Source: Parasitella parasitica NRRL 2501
Taxonomy: Eukaryota; Fungi; Mucoromycota
Length of the DNA: 64,000 nucleotides
Assembly: GCA_025201805.1 (NCBI GenBank)
Contig: MU619300.1
Coordinates: forward strand, 85,832 to 149,831
Direction: 5' to 3'
Positions 51,140-64,000 of this stretch are shown here, one piece after another. Both the position numbers and the translations under genes were made by a program. How positions within the stretch are numbered: the first letter of the stretch is position 1; each line of letters begins with the position of its first letter. The notes under the pieces were generated by a model that saw only the letters and a list, made by a program, of their open reading frames with translations, was not told the DNA's origin and searched no databases.

Positions 51140-52792
51140 ATTGATAGTATTAAAGGAATGGGTGAAAGAAAAAAAAAAAAGAAAAGAAAATTACAGGAGA
51201 AAAACCTCTCAATTTTATAAGAAAATTCCAGTTGCCTCCCACCCCCCCCAGTTCCATCATTGTCAACTGGTTTCTAAAGGGCGAGGTTTCAGGACTGAAA
51301 GAAGTTGTACCAGCAAAAATAAACCGGACATGTTATTTTCATGTGAAATATGGCCAATCTTTTTTCTGAAACTTTTGGTCTGTAACTGTATCTTTTAACA
51401 ATCATCCGTTTGTTTAAAATCAGAATATCAAAGAATATCAAGCGTATTTCGTACGAGTTCTTGAAAATTTTGATGAATGTATATATATCATATTCCATAC
51501 TAAAAATCCTGAAACAAGGGTGGATATCGTATGCAATTATATATAGAGTGTATAAGCCTTTGATCAAGTTTTACAAGAGAATATAAGCTCCAAGCCATCT
51601 TTTTTTGAATCCACTTGGCAAAAGATCTCTTTTTTATATGTATATAAAAAGTGTCATTCAGCAGGCACACAAATTGACAACATTTGACGATGATTGTAGG
51701 ATTACATAATACATACATTAATACACAAAACGCAGCATCTTGATAATGTGCATAATCCCTGTTGTTTTGCAAGTGGCACGATTTTTTATTTTTTTTTATT
51801 TTTGGCCCTCAAATGCTGTGCTCGCTCCTTGAAACAGACAGGCTGGGGCCATTTGTCTAAATAAAGCAGGCGATAATTTTTGTTTGACATCTATTAATTT
51901 GTAGACTGAAGAAGCCCAAATCAACTATACCATAAATACATTGTTGCTGGATTATCAAAGATGGCAGGAATAACTGCTGCAAGTAATTGACCTGTTGGTG
52001 TCTAGAGAGGCAAACTTTTGTGGTCCATTGAAATCTAGATTGATTATGTAACATATAATGTGCATACGAACAAAACCTCGTATGCACAAATATCACAATA
52101 TAGATTGTAGTACGTTGAGCTTTATAAATAATAATTTTCTTACATATCACAGTGGAAAGGTGGATAAAAAAAAAAGACATTTTTCATATGATTATGCAAA
52201 AAGTAACGGATCAACTTGTTTGCACAATCATATTTGTTACACATATTGATCTTTTTTAAGCTATTGTAATTACCATCATCTCATAGCCAGCCTAAAGTAC
52301 TCTTTGCCGACAATTTGTTGCAAGTCAATAATAATAAAATATATAGGGATGATTATATCAATGAATATGTACTCAATTGGCTCTATAGTTCCATAAACTG
52401 CTGCCATGGTCTTTTGAAAAAAAAGTATGTATACCGGTATACCCGGATTGGAGCAAGCGTGGTTTTGGTCCTAAAAATAGGGTCTTTATATTGCATTGAC
52501 TAAATCCTGCCTAATATTTTGATTTCATGCGGGCAGGGAACATGGTTCCCCCCAACTCCTTTATGTTACAAACGTACAACGAAACAGTATACGATTGTTT
52601 CACGACAGGAGCTGTGCAGCTTGAAATCCTTTGATTTGACGCATATGGCATGCAAAATGTCGTTTTATTTCGTCATAATGATATTGTATAACCTACACAG
52701 CCGAAAGGAATGCAATCAGCTATACGTAATGAATGTAAAAGCCCCAAGTTTATGTGTGCACAGCAATTGATTTACTCATTTACAAACAAGCG

Positions 52793-54409
52793 TTACAGCG
52801 TCTCCTCTTCTGTTTCCTCGGTAATGGCATTGGAGACCACGGTGGATAGTGATGAGGGGGCTCTTCTCTTTTTGGCATTTGCTTTCAGCATCTCCCACCT
52901 ATCTTTGTACCTATTTACTAGCATTTTTTGTTTCTCATTCTGCAACCTCAGTTGCTTGTTTTCTTCTTCCAAGTCTCGTAGGTGAGAAGCTACAGCCAAC
53001 AGTTTCAATAATAGACAATATATCCATTTTCTATGCAGCACTCACTTAAATCTCCCCCACCTGATGCCAATGGCGAATATCGTGATCCGTGGAGCATGGA
53101 GTGATTCCCTGCTAATAGTGAAGAAGACGATCGCATGGACGATTCATGATGGGATTGCATGATCCTCTTGGCTTGCTTATGAACATCGTCTCTGAATTGC
53201 AGCACACTGCTCTTTAGCATGTCGTTTTCTTCCGCCGACTTTTATATTGAAAAAACATGTAGATCAGTTTCCACGGGCCACTCGCACACAAGGAAAAACT
53301 TACTGCTTGCAGCTGCTTTAACTTTTTTTTCAAATGCGTTAATTGCGCCTGCAACCTCTCGTTTTCTAGCTTGGGAGTGTTTGCGTTGTCAGCAGCAGTA
53401 GCGCTGATACTGTTGATGGATAAAGAGTCCAACTGCTTTTGCAAATTGCTGACCAAAGATTCGTCTTTCGGATCAGCAACAATAAAATAGGAATCCATCA
53501 TTGCACCGTTATTATGTGATTGCAGCAGGATGGTCGACTTTTCGTCTAATTCTGGTATTGGGTTATCGTGCTCATTTAAAGGCGCTGATGTAAATGCGAC
53601 AGCAGGATTGCACACTTTATCCACAAGTTTGTTGACAGATTCGAAAAAGTTGAGAAAATCCAACTCTTGTCTTTCCTATTGCGAAAAAAAACAATACCAC
53701 CCCCACCACCTTCAGCGTTAATGCGCAGCTAAAGTATCCGTTCCGTCGAGACTTACAATATTCGGCAACAAGGTATATGACTCTCCAATGTCTTCTCCAT
53801 CCACTATCGATGAATTTATCCCGGCTAATCTAGATATGATGCTACTGCTGGCAGAGCTGCTGTAATCCTGCGGCTGATGGTAATATTGATGGTATTGCTG
53901 CTGTGATGATGACAGAGCATTACGGAGCCCTCCTCTGCTTCCAACCATCTGGTGTATTCGGTTTTTGGCTGCTGCTTTTATTAGTCTCTGTGCTTTACGG
54001 TTCAGCTCGTCTGCCTTCTTTTGGTGGCTTGATGATAATAGTCGCAATGTTCGTATTGCCTATGTGTTTGCCGAGTAAGGGCAGAATTCACAGTCTTTTG
54101 TATGGAGTCGCAACCCAATTACCTCGTCGTCTACTGAATCCTGTATGGCAATCTCAAACTGCTCTATAGTAAAGCATCTATTATAAACATCCAGGAGTTT
54201 TTGAGTTTTTGAAATGAAAACCTGGTCTAACCTGCTGCTTTCGAGTGTGCCTCTGCTGCTTTCAGCCAGTTTTCGTTATCTTCAAAGTTTTCGGCTTCCA
54301 CAGCATATCTATGACCCTAAGTTTTGGTGGAACGGATCTAAGCATTTCATGTAAGTTATGTCGTATTTCTATATATACTTGCGGCATTTGTAGGAGCTTC
54401 GGAATTCAT
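52793..54409 (-). CDS. MIT-like plus coiled-coil protein, probable Atg38/NRBF2 homolog (multi-exon)
   Basis: Spliced N-terminus HRYAVEAE...AAEAHSKAA/EQF...DDE/AIRTLRLLSSSH is MIT-like; C-terminal coiled coil RYKDRWEMLKANAKKRR. Confidence 0.55.
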
Positions 54410-54631
54410 TTCATCAAGTATTTTGTGCCCAAGATAAACGAAGAAGAAGAAAAAAAAACGCAAAATGCATTATCCTCATCAACAACAGCGGCTCTTGAAT
54501 CATCATCATTGTGCTGCTGGTATAAGATCATGCTTCTTGTGAATAAAAAAAAAAAAGAATATGCACCATAAGGATAGCCTTTACCAATTAGTTTTATATC
54601 CCCCTCCCCTTTTTATTATTCATGTGTTTAT

Positions 54632-56081
54632 TTATTTTACAATCATTTGAGCTTTCATCAAGTTCAATCTCAACAAGAGAGCTTTGGAGGACTTTTCAAA
54701 GTCGTCTCCTGCTAAAAGGGAACGCTCAATCGCTTCATGACGCTTCTCTTGCTTTTTGGTACAGAGTATCTAGCATTTTAAATTAGCAAGAGTCAGTGGG
54801 AATCAGAGCAAAAAACTACCTTTTTATGGTTATCAATGCGAGCGGAAATCTTGTTCTTTCGGATCAAGCTGACCAAGTCGTTTTCCAATACACTGACCTC
54901 GATATTGAACGCTTGGGCCATCTTTGTCATGTCAACAATAGAGTAAGGTATGCAGTACTGAATCATTGCCTTTTCACGCACAAGATGCAATAGGTTGTCT
55001 AAATGCGGTTCCAAATACATGTCCAATCTCAAGATGTGCCTGTATTTCTCTAAAAGTTCAAAGCAGGTAGCGTATCTCGACTGGTAAAAGGCCTCGATTA
55101 ATTCCAATAACATTGGCTCCAGGACCAAAAAGTGCTTAAAGTTGCTGTTGTTTAGTACTTGAGCCTGCAGCTGGCGTCGGTCGTAAAACACCAAAGCGCA
55201 CAAACCACCGTAAATGGCGACATCATTGGCCGACATGATGTCGCTAAACGAGCTGACAGAGTCAAAGGATACCTCCAGCAGTGCCGATGCAACAGAGTGA
55301 TATCGATTGGGGTATTCTGATCTGCCCAATAACGACAATACTTGACAACATTTCAATTTGCTCATGGTGTTGGTTTTGTCAGGGATATTGGGCGTGGATT
55401 CTGCTCGCGAAATGTATGTCTGCACAACATGAGAAAAGTTGCAGTCGTCCAAATAGACCTATTACACACACACATACACACACATACTCAGCTTATCAAT
55501 ATGAAATCAATTGCTGTTTGCTCCTGGCTTACCTTGATTGTGTTCAGGCACATGTCCACGACATTTTGGCTTGTCATGCAATAGTCTCTTGTGCGCACAT
55601 AGTTCTTCATGGCTGATGGAAGATCGCCCTTCTTGTAGAAATAGTCACCCAGCTTGATATGGCACATTCTGATGTCCTCCTTCACAAGACTAGCTTTGGC
55701 TGCTTTCAGCTCACTCTCCAAAGAGTCAGCCAATGCCTTGTTTTCTCGCTGAGCTTGGCTGACCCAATCATGGTCAAGAGGGACTGGCGGTTTCCCTTCA
55801 CTTTGCAAAGCCTCATTCAAACATTCAATTGTGTGTGTGTATTTCGCTGTGTTGCGAGTGTTTTGTTGGATATAGTGGATGGCTGTCTTGTACGCTTCAA
55901 CTGCAAGGCCTTGGCAATGTTTGGCAATGAATAAGCTTCTGCTGATACGAGAGTAGCCTATGCCATTTATGTCAGCGTAGGGCGCTCAGTATGGGCTACG
56001 TGTGGATATACCTTGGTAGTTGCTGATATAAGTTTCAAAGTCAAAGCCTTCTGGTATGTCAGCGCGTGTGTCTTGCATCAT
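54632..56081 (-). CDS. CSN1: COP9 signalosome subunit 1 (PCI domain; 4 exons)
   Basis: FDFETYISNY.G..RI, LVKEDIRM..LGDYF...Y.RTRDYC, DVAIYGGLCAL..YDR, ISARID. Confidence 0.92.
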
Positions 56082-56684
56082 TCTCCTTTTTATTTGATAT
56101 CGGCAGCAGAAAGAAATGATGAAAATGTATTTTTGTGGTCATAAAGTGAGCGAGGGCCCCTCGTCCCCTACAGACACACCCGGGGAGCGTTTGATACCAT
56201 CACAAGCTTTTTACTCTCCCTCCTTAATGATTCCAACCAAGACGACTTGGCTACCGTATAAAAGAGCGGATGAAAAGAAGCCATGTTTCATTGACAAAAG
56301 TAGTTTTAATGTGGTTTAGTGCTGCTGTAGTGATTCTGTTATTTTCAACATTGGTTCAATCCGGTATGCAATAGAAACACTCATCTGCCTTTTTTTACTG
56401 TCTGACATGAGTCTGTATGCGTATATAGTGGCATTCTCGACCCAATGCTGGGAGGTCCTCAATGGGTATGTGCATATTGGTACATGGCTTTTACACTGAT
56501 ACAAGTGATCTGAAATCAGAGATTATAGAAAACAAAACATGTTCCAAGATGGCGTGTGTCAACAGATCAATCAGCTGAATGGGAGTGGTTGGAGAACACA
56601 ACAAACGGACGATTGGATCTACTACCCTCAGCAATACGGTATACCCACCACACTGCGCATTGAGCGTACTGAGTACATCTAACC

Positions 56685-59358
56685 ATGCCATTAGTCAACA
56701 TCTCAATGACTGCTGCCACGGTGTCTGTAGCTTTGGTAGGAGGCTGCTGTGCTCCTAATAGATACAAACCAACTGGATCTCTCTACCAAGATGATGGCAG
56801 CACCTACTCTCGGACTGGAAACAAAATTGTGGCCATAGCTGATAAGCCGCTTGTGCAGAACCTGGCCGTAACCGGATGGTACATGAAGAAATTTGTGGAC
56901 GATCATGCTATGAATCTCACCATCATCCCGTCCATCCACCACTCTGATAAACAGGCACTGTTCTTTGAGATTACTGCATTTGACAGAGCCATGCTGGTGA
57001 ACTATCAGTTTTTTGACTATCAAAACAAGCATATTGGCCATTACTCGAGCGGCGTATTGCGAAACATAAAGACAATTCCAGATATAACACTTCCGAGATA
57101 CACTCGGTCGATTGTACGGATATGGGCTGAAAATGTGCACACAAAAAAGTATGTTCACGCTACTAACCCAACGTCCTTTCTATGCAGGTTATCGAGCTTT
57201 ATGGGTCAAGAGCAGACCCCATCTGCTTCTCCTATCTGTACGCTGGCCTGTATGTCCATAGTCCTTTTGCTTCAGTGGCCAAGATCTCTGCTCAAATCGC
57301 TTCTGTACTTCAATATCTCTCTCTGATCAACTTTGTCACTGTTCCCATAGTGTTTGCTATCATGAGTCTGTTGTCGGACTTTAGTTTTCCGCCGCAAGTA
57401 TCTACAAAGAGATTCTACGAACAAATCATCAACAGCTAAATAACTGTGTGTTTAGGCCTATTCGATTCTTGTGTCGAACCCCATCACACAAGGTTCTGAT
57501 GTGCATCGTGATTATGCTCGGTAAAACTTGATAGAATCCAACCGTCTGTTCAACATGTGATTCACGCTTGTACGAATAGGGTCATACATATCAAATCAGG
57601 CATGGAATTTGATCAATTCCCAATCAAGCATCTTTCATGAATGGCTCCCCCGTGCTGCGAAAATGGTAGGCAAGTATATATATAGATATATACTGATTAT
57701 GACATATTGATCCATGCAATAATGTGCTTGTACACAGAGCTCTTCTTGTCGTTCTTTTTGTATGCCGTGTATTTTTACCCTGTATTCCTATGCTATCATG
57801 CCAGTTACAGATCTCGCTTGGCCAACTTTTTTGGTAAATGTTGATTCACTCGCCATGATTTCGTAACTAATCATTTTGCATACAGGAGCTTGGACCACCT
57901 GCACTCTCTTTGGACTTCGACTCTCGTTGGATTTGCCATCCTATGTGATCACCTACGCTCGCAGCATACCCTTTCTGACTATCAATCTATTGGCAGCTGT
58001 ACCAACTTTTATAGCGTATTTCATCGTGCTAGTATTCTTTGTAACACGCTGCATTGCATTTCAGCATTGTACGTTTTGCTGCGTTGAGTTTTTGCAGGTT
58101 CAAGACTTTGAAGAGGAATACGTAAAAGTATTGATGTCAAGACACAGCAAAGAGAAAGCAGCGCCGATTCCACGTACATCTATTATTGGGTTAGTATGGC
58201 TTATTGTCAATAAAAAACTATGGCAGAAGCTGGACCTCAAGCTCATTGTGAGGTTCATGTGTACCCGAGAATTCCTCAAGAAATGCCTTCGAAAACTGCT
58301 TGGTGTCCATGAGCATGTCAGGATCCCGTTTGCTATCAAAACTTCCTTGACATTGCTTTTGTATTGCCTGGGACAACTGGTAAATACATACATTTCAAAA
58401 TTACATACATATTGTGCTCATAAAACAGCTTCATAGATTCCTCTGCTCATAACACAGATGATCGGTGTAGGTGGGGTTGTACCTGTTCATGTCTGTAGTT
58501 GGACGCCCTATCTGTCTCAATTTCAATACCATCCTGACCCTATGAGCTTTGCAACCAAGACATTTATGCTGATGCAGATTGCAGTGTACATTGCAACACT
58601 GGGTGCTGGTGGGTGTAAGTACATGTGTGTGTGTGTTTATCAACGCTGCGCACTGATTCGCTCTATAGTATGCATGGTCTACTCGCTTGGTCTCCTACGT
58701 CGTTTCACAAAGGATATACTTTTGCTGAGAAAAGGAAACTACTTTTTGTTCAAGGGAAAGAGGAATAATGGGCAAGTCAAACCTTATGGAAGCTAGACAG
58801 TACCGCAGAATAGACTGACACTCATGTATAGAATTGACCTGGATGACTCCATCCGATTTCTCGGTGTACTGATCGGATTCGGATTTACAGGCACGCTGTA
58901 TTTCATGGTAGAGATAAGCGTGATTGGGACGTTGATTACTGCCATCATCCAGCTTGACAGAGTGAGAGACATTGTATTTCGACATGTCGGATATGGCGTC
59001 TTTTTCGCCAGCTTTTTCATCGCGTTCATAGTCCAAATGATCCAGAAGCGTATCACTAACCTTGTGTTTGTAGAGAATCGCACAAGATTCAGCATACAGA
59101 ATCGTGCTCCATTTCTGCATTACTGGTATTTTATGATGCTCACTTCCATGACGAGAGCCTTGACATCGTACATCTTGCGCACGCTCAAACTGCTTTTCCG
59201 TTATCCACTGTTCAGTGTGCGTGTTGATAGAAATGCAGAAACATGGAGCGTTCGTCGAGGAGATGGAGGTAAGGGGACTCTTCACAAGATGGTGTGAGGT
59301 GCGCATTCATACATATTGACATGTCTTTTGTTTAGGCTTTACTGCATATTGTGGCATG

Positions 59359-59399
<41 letters not shown>

Positions 59400-59835
59400 C
59401 GCCCTTGTTGTCTATATAGGAATCTCACCTTTTGCATATGCGTAGCTGTTGGCTGAGCACGAATACAACAACCCAATCGTACTTGTATTTGTCGAGTGTT
59501 TACTAGACAGCGTGGATACAAGTACAACAAATCGACTCTTGGGCAGAAATGTCAACTTGACACTATGTAAATCTCATTTAAAGAAGCGTTGCATCATGAA
59601 TGAAAAAGATATAGAATGTTGCTCTAAGGAATCGAAAAAGACTCTTGAGGATGAGAAACACAGTGATTCAATTGCGATATCTAAACGAGCTCTAACAAGA
59701 TGGTTTTTAATGTATACTCTGATTAGAAACCCAATGGTAATCTACTTTTTGCCGTGTAAATATGATTATATGATTAACATTTTATTGTCTGTGCAGTTGT
59801 TACAATACCGACAGAAATCACAGAGTAGAAAATGA
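56685..59835 (+). CDS. STRA6/RBP-receptor-like multi-pass membrane protein (many exons)
   Basis: C-terminal motifs NR..F..YF, R.D......DGGFTAYCGML..E...NNPIVLVF..LL and RALTRWFLMYTLIRNP parallel vertebrate STRA6 (DPGY.TY..FL..E....HP...F..LL; RARWGLAYTLLHNP). About 9 TM segments. Confidence 0.75.
59361..59396 (+). repeat. (GT)n microsatellite in an intron
   Basis: Perfect tg run of ~17 units. Confidence 0.95.
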
Positions 59836-60523
59836 TGATTGCCGTACTCTTTTTCTTTGCCTTGTTAAAAAGTGCCGCAAACACCAGGTTTAACAAATAA
59901 ACGCAAATGTCTTTTCCACTAAATATAAATATATATACATATGTACAGGCGGACAAATCGTGATATGATCTTTACAGAGATTTACAGAGTGTTCAAGCAA
60001 CAGCTTCAATAGGATGCTAATTAATTGAAAAATCCACAAAGGCTATTTACTCACACGTATTAAACGATGGGTTGGTAAGGTTATTCTGTATTTTTCAAAA
60101 CTATAAATATCTTCGATGTGCCTTTTAAAAATTTGGAAAATCTAATCTGCTCCAACCCCAATGATGGGTACAGAGCCGTGCATGCACTACATCTAAGGCT
60201 TCACCTTGCATTTTCCATAGACTGAAGCGTTGGTGAAAAATATCATTTTGGATTTTAAAATCGATCGCGTATGCGTATACAGCACAACAAGTGCCAAAAG
60301 CATCAAATTGCAGCAAGTGACCAACAAACAAACAAAACCACATGCCTTTTTGTAGCGACTAAAATGAACAAACAAACAAAGCTCAATACCTTTACTGCTT
60401 AGCCATGAGCCCCTACACATAGACTAGGATGCAGCGCATAGTACACATTACCCACGCTTCGTTCCTTTCTGTCCTTTCTTTTCCTTTTCCTCCTCTTTCT
60501 GTCTTTTACAAGGTTCTCGAGCT

Positions 60524-60978
60524 ATGGCGCATTTTCAGCAAGCCTACAATGCATACCCATCTCCTGCTGTAGTACTGGCTACACCCACTCCTGTTGCATA
60601 TTCACCCTATTCCCCTTATCCGAGCAGTAAGCGAACGGTAGAAAGCCGTGTTTTGTCCAGCTAGCATCTAATCTTGTACTCGACCTATAGTGCAGCCTTC
60701 GTATTATCCCGCAGCGCAACCTCAAATGATTCAGCAGCCGTATTACCACCAACCTGGAGGGGGGTATATCCAGAACAACACATCTTGTTTGACACAAATG
60801 TGCATGTGGATACTGTAAGCATAAATCTGATTTGATGGATTCTCACAAGCATGTAACCTTTATTCTCCCACACAGCTGTCTCGGCACCTGTGTTTATTGC
60901 TGTAACGAAGGATGTTGTGGCTCTGATGATTGCTGCGGAGGAGGAGCATATAATGATGACTGTTGTGGATGTTGCTGA
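60524..60978 (+). CDS. CYSTM-like small Pro/Gln/Tyr-rich, Cys-rich tail protein (exons 60524-60626, 60691-60814, 60876-60978; 109 aa)
   Basis: Two GTAAGC..AG introns join MAHFQQAYNAYPSP...QPYYHQPGGG...SCLTQMCMWILCLGTCVYCCNEGCCGSDDCCGGGAYNDDCCGCC*. Confidence 0.75.
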
Positions 60979-61199
60979 ACCTCAATATAACAACGCCTAG
61001 TAGAATATGACATGTACAATATAATACGCTAATATATAATAAACTGGCCATCTAATGTTTAGATACTTGCTACCTACTTGATGTTCTCTCTCTGCAGTAA
61101 AGGGTTTCAAACTGCCGCCACTGTAGACTTTTTTTTTTTTTTTTGTTCAAAGCTATATCCAATACGTAGCTGCTTGGATCATCTCACTGACAATCGCAA

Positions 61200-63150
61200 C
61201 ATGTAGGTCGTCTTCTCTTCTGCTGTCTTCTGCTCCAAGTTGTACGGAACAAGCTTTACCCTTGCTCCCAGTATTAGTATTTACAGCGTTGAATAGTGTA
61301 TGAAGATAGTATACGTGAACTTATTGATATGCAAATAAAGCGTGGCTCAGAGAGCATTTACCACATCGGAGGCCGGAGCGGAGGCAACTGAGATTGTCTT
61401 GGACACGACAAGCAATTTGGACATTTGTGAGGTTGAATTGCCCAAAAAAGTGAAGCTAATTTGGCCAACAGTTTGAAAATAAATTGCTTGCTTTTGAGAA
61501 AATAATTTGACCAAATATTAAAGCGATTACAAAGGTACTTCATTCGCGTATTTAGAGAATACATTGATCAAATATAGGATGAAATTTGGTTTGTGTCCAA
61601 TAGAAACATCCTAGCTGTCTTCAGTTCCTCTTGACGAACGTGTTCTTGTATCTGTCAATTCACCACTTCTGACTCGGTCCTTTAACACTTTTCAAATTAT
61701 CTTTATAGGATTGAGTTCAAGCGAATTAGACAGAAGATACATCGACATGTAATTCCTCTCCAACATGATGGGGTCAATAGTCTCAGAAGAATGAATCGGG
61801 ATATTATCCATAGCACTATGACATTCTTTCGTGTTGAATTCGTCTATAATATCTAACGTATCACTGGCAAGTTACACATACATAATGACAGCTGCATAGT
61901 TCCTTTTGATGTAGCAGCAGCAGCATCTACATGTGCCTTTCTTCTTTTAGCACCAACAACTCTTCTTTTCTTTCTCTCTAGCTTGGGGATGGCCGGTACT
62001 AACCTTTATACTGAGACTTAGATCATCTTTTATGAATCCAGCAGTCGCTTATACTGATGAATTGAACCATGTACTTGATCTTTTTTACTGTGTCAATACG
62101 TTAGTTCTTCCATACTTTCATATTTTTGTTTCCGTCATACAAATATGTTTACGCGATATGCATTATCATTCCATGAAAAATATACATTGTATATCTTTTC
62201 GTGATGATATATTGTGATTATATTGGCATTAAAATCAGTAATCTTATGATTCAACAGATCTTTTATATGCCAGTGTTTTCTATACCTTGTTTTGTATAAC
62301 AATAGCGTTCCAATAACGGAATAATAGTATTTCAGTAGTTGTCGTTCCACATATCGATGAACTATAACAATGTCTATTTCAAAATAAACAAGAAACTGAC
62401 AAGAGACATCAATTAACTGCTGATTGCAGAACATCCGACAAATTTGCAGGTTTTATTTTATTAAGAATCAAAGCAAGAGTTATAACACATGAAGTGAATA
62501 GAATATATGTTGAGAGCAGCAGTAGTAAAAATAATGCAAAGAAAGCTACTGTTTTTACTAAAGTTACAGAAACTAAAAGAGTAATACTTGGTTTTTTTTA
62601 ATAGGGTTTTTGAAAGGTGGTCTCTTGAATGATGCCCTCTATGATTGACTTCGTTGACTTCGGCTAAGGCCTAAAATCATTCGTCTTGAGCGAGTCAACT
62701 CTTTCTAATAAATTGCTATTAGTTCATCAATTTTTGAAAAGAAATACATATAATTACATCAAGATATGACAGTATATTATAGCAGGTAGCAAAAGCATAG
62801 TATCCAGAGCATCTCGTAAAGTACGAAATTGGGCTATTAAACGAGATCGATATTCAGCCTCGTATTCAAGAGACATTTGGTATAAATGACAATCATAGCC
62901 TAAAAATTCACAATGAGCTTTTTGACAGAACTTATACTGTAATGAGTGCTTACCTTCAACTAGAAGACCGTAGCAGACTGGATTTTTAACACCCAAATCA
63001 ATTTGTTGATTAATTAATGATTGTTTTCATCTCTTGTTGAACCTTGAGGAAATCGGTTTCATACTTATTTGATGAGCAACCTGGTTTTTTCATCTCACAA
63101 ACAAAAAAATCCATCTTGATGCCAAACTTCAGCTATTGATTGAGCCACGT
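61200..63150 (-). pseudogene. Degraded transposon-like coding relics
   Basis: Short interrupted frames (KHWHIK, MULE-like; PVCYGLLVEG) with many stops; family not firmly assignable. Confidence 0.3.
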
Positions 63151-63249
63151 ACCCTAAGAGTAAATAGTCATAGTGAAGAGGTCGTTGCAATTTAAAGGAT
63201 AATTGATTCAAGAAATGAAGGGATAAAAAAAAAAAAAAGAATCAAAATT

Positions 63250-63930
63250 GACTACAGGAGGGAATGGCATTTATCTTTTTCAATGATCTGACGAACATTG
63301 AATCGGATAGTGGCCAGTATCGCTATGGGATGAATGATGGTTTTGTCAAAAATAAATCTCATATGAGCAAGCCAGATTTGAGAGAGAGAGAGATGAGGAG
63401 AATTCTGTATGGAGTTATTCCTTCAAGTTGACAATGCCAGATGTTGGAAAAATCCAGAGACAGAAGAGCTTCTTTAATATCAGCAATGGAAGTAGTCGAC
63501 TAGAAAAACTCAAATATTACACCCTGCCAGATTTTTTCCTTGGAAGAACAATGGAAGAGCAGATGATGAGAGGAGTCAGAGGCAGACAGGCAGACTGGAC
63601 AGAGAGGAGTTTCAAAGACACGAGGATTGATAAAATGTAAAAACATCGGTAAGGAATACTTCCCACAATGAGCCGATACACTACGTTTCTTTGAACAGAG
63701 GTCAATGCCAACGATCAAAAACGTTTCCAATTGGCAGCAGAGACATTATTAAGAGTTGTAGGTGGGACAACGGAGGAGAGTACAGCTTGGCGAAACGTTT
63801 TGGCTGATGATTTGACATTTGCCATGGACTGACCTTCGGGAAGAATGAATTGCTTGATCAATGGTATAAACGAGACTTCTAGGCTGTAAGATGGAGCAAG
63901 ACTACAAGTTGTACCAGATATAGTCAATTA
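63250..63930 (-). mobile_element. LINE 3' fragment (zf-RVT)
   Basis: NWKRF..LALTSVQRNVVYRLI, CPVCLSASDSSHHLLFHCSSKEKIW; frameshifted. Confidence 0.8.
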
Positions 63931-64000
63931 AAGATGTTTTACTCATTTTCAATAAGATGTGTGAAAGTGTAGAAGAGGCGTTTTTTTTTTTTTTTTTTTT

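Overview
Eukaryotic, intron-rich, AT-rich fungal DNA. Gene content, short 50-65 nt introns, F-box/C2H2 expansions and L1-like LINE relics point to a Mucorales genome (inference). About 20 host genes are recognisable: FANCD2 3' end, SREBP, an Avt-type amino-acid transporter, YHM2, SUR7/PalI, an RNR large subunit, two F-box genes, a SET methyltransferase, a C2H2 protein, VPS24, an aldo-keto reductase, MUS81, WW, Sel1, a SAM methyltransferase, Atg38/NRBF2-like, CSN1, STRA6-like and CYSTM-like. Main finding: the intact, cleanly spliced 789-aa ribonucleotide reductase alpha subunit (18534-21088) has lost all three active-site cysteines, one radical-relay tyrosine and the loop-2 Q/R residues. It keeps the ATP cone, the specificity-site motifs, the C-terminal CxxC and MCB-like promoter sites, so it is a candidate RNR pseudoenzyme. 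It lies in a ~20 kb block bracketed by a ~2 kb inverted repeat, together with LINE, Tc1 and probable Fanzor relics. A STRA6 (vitamin A receptor/transporter)-like gene with a conserved calmodulin-binding segment is also present. Family calls come from motif recognition by eye, not from database searches.
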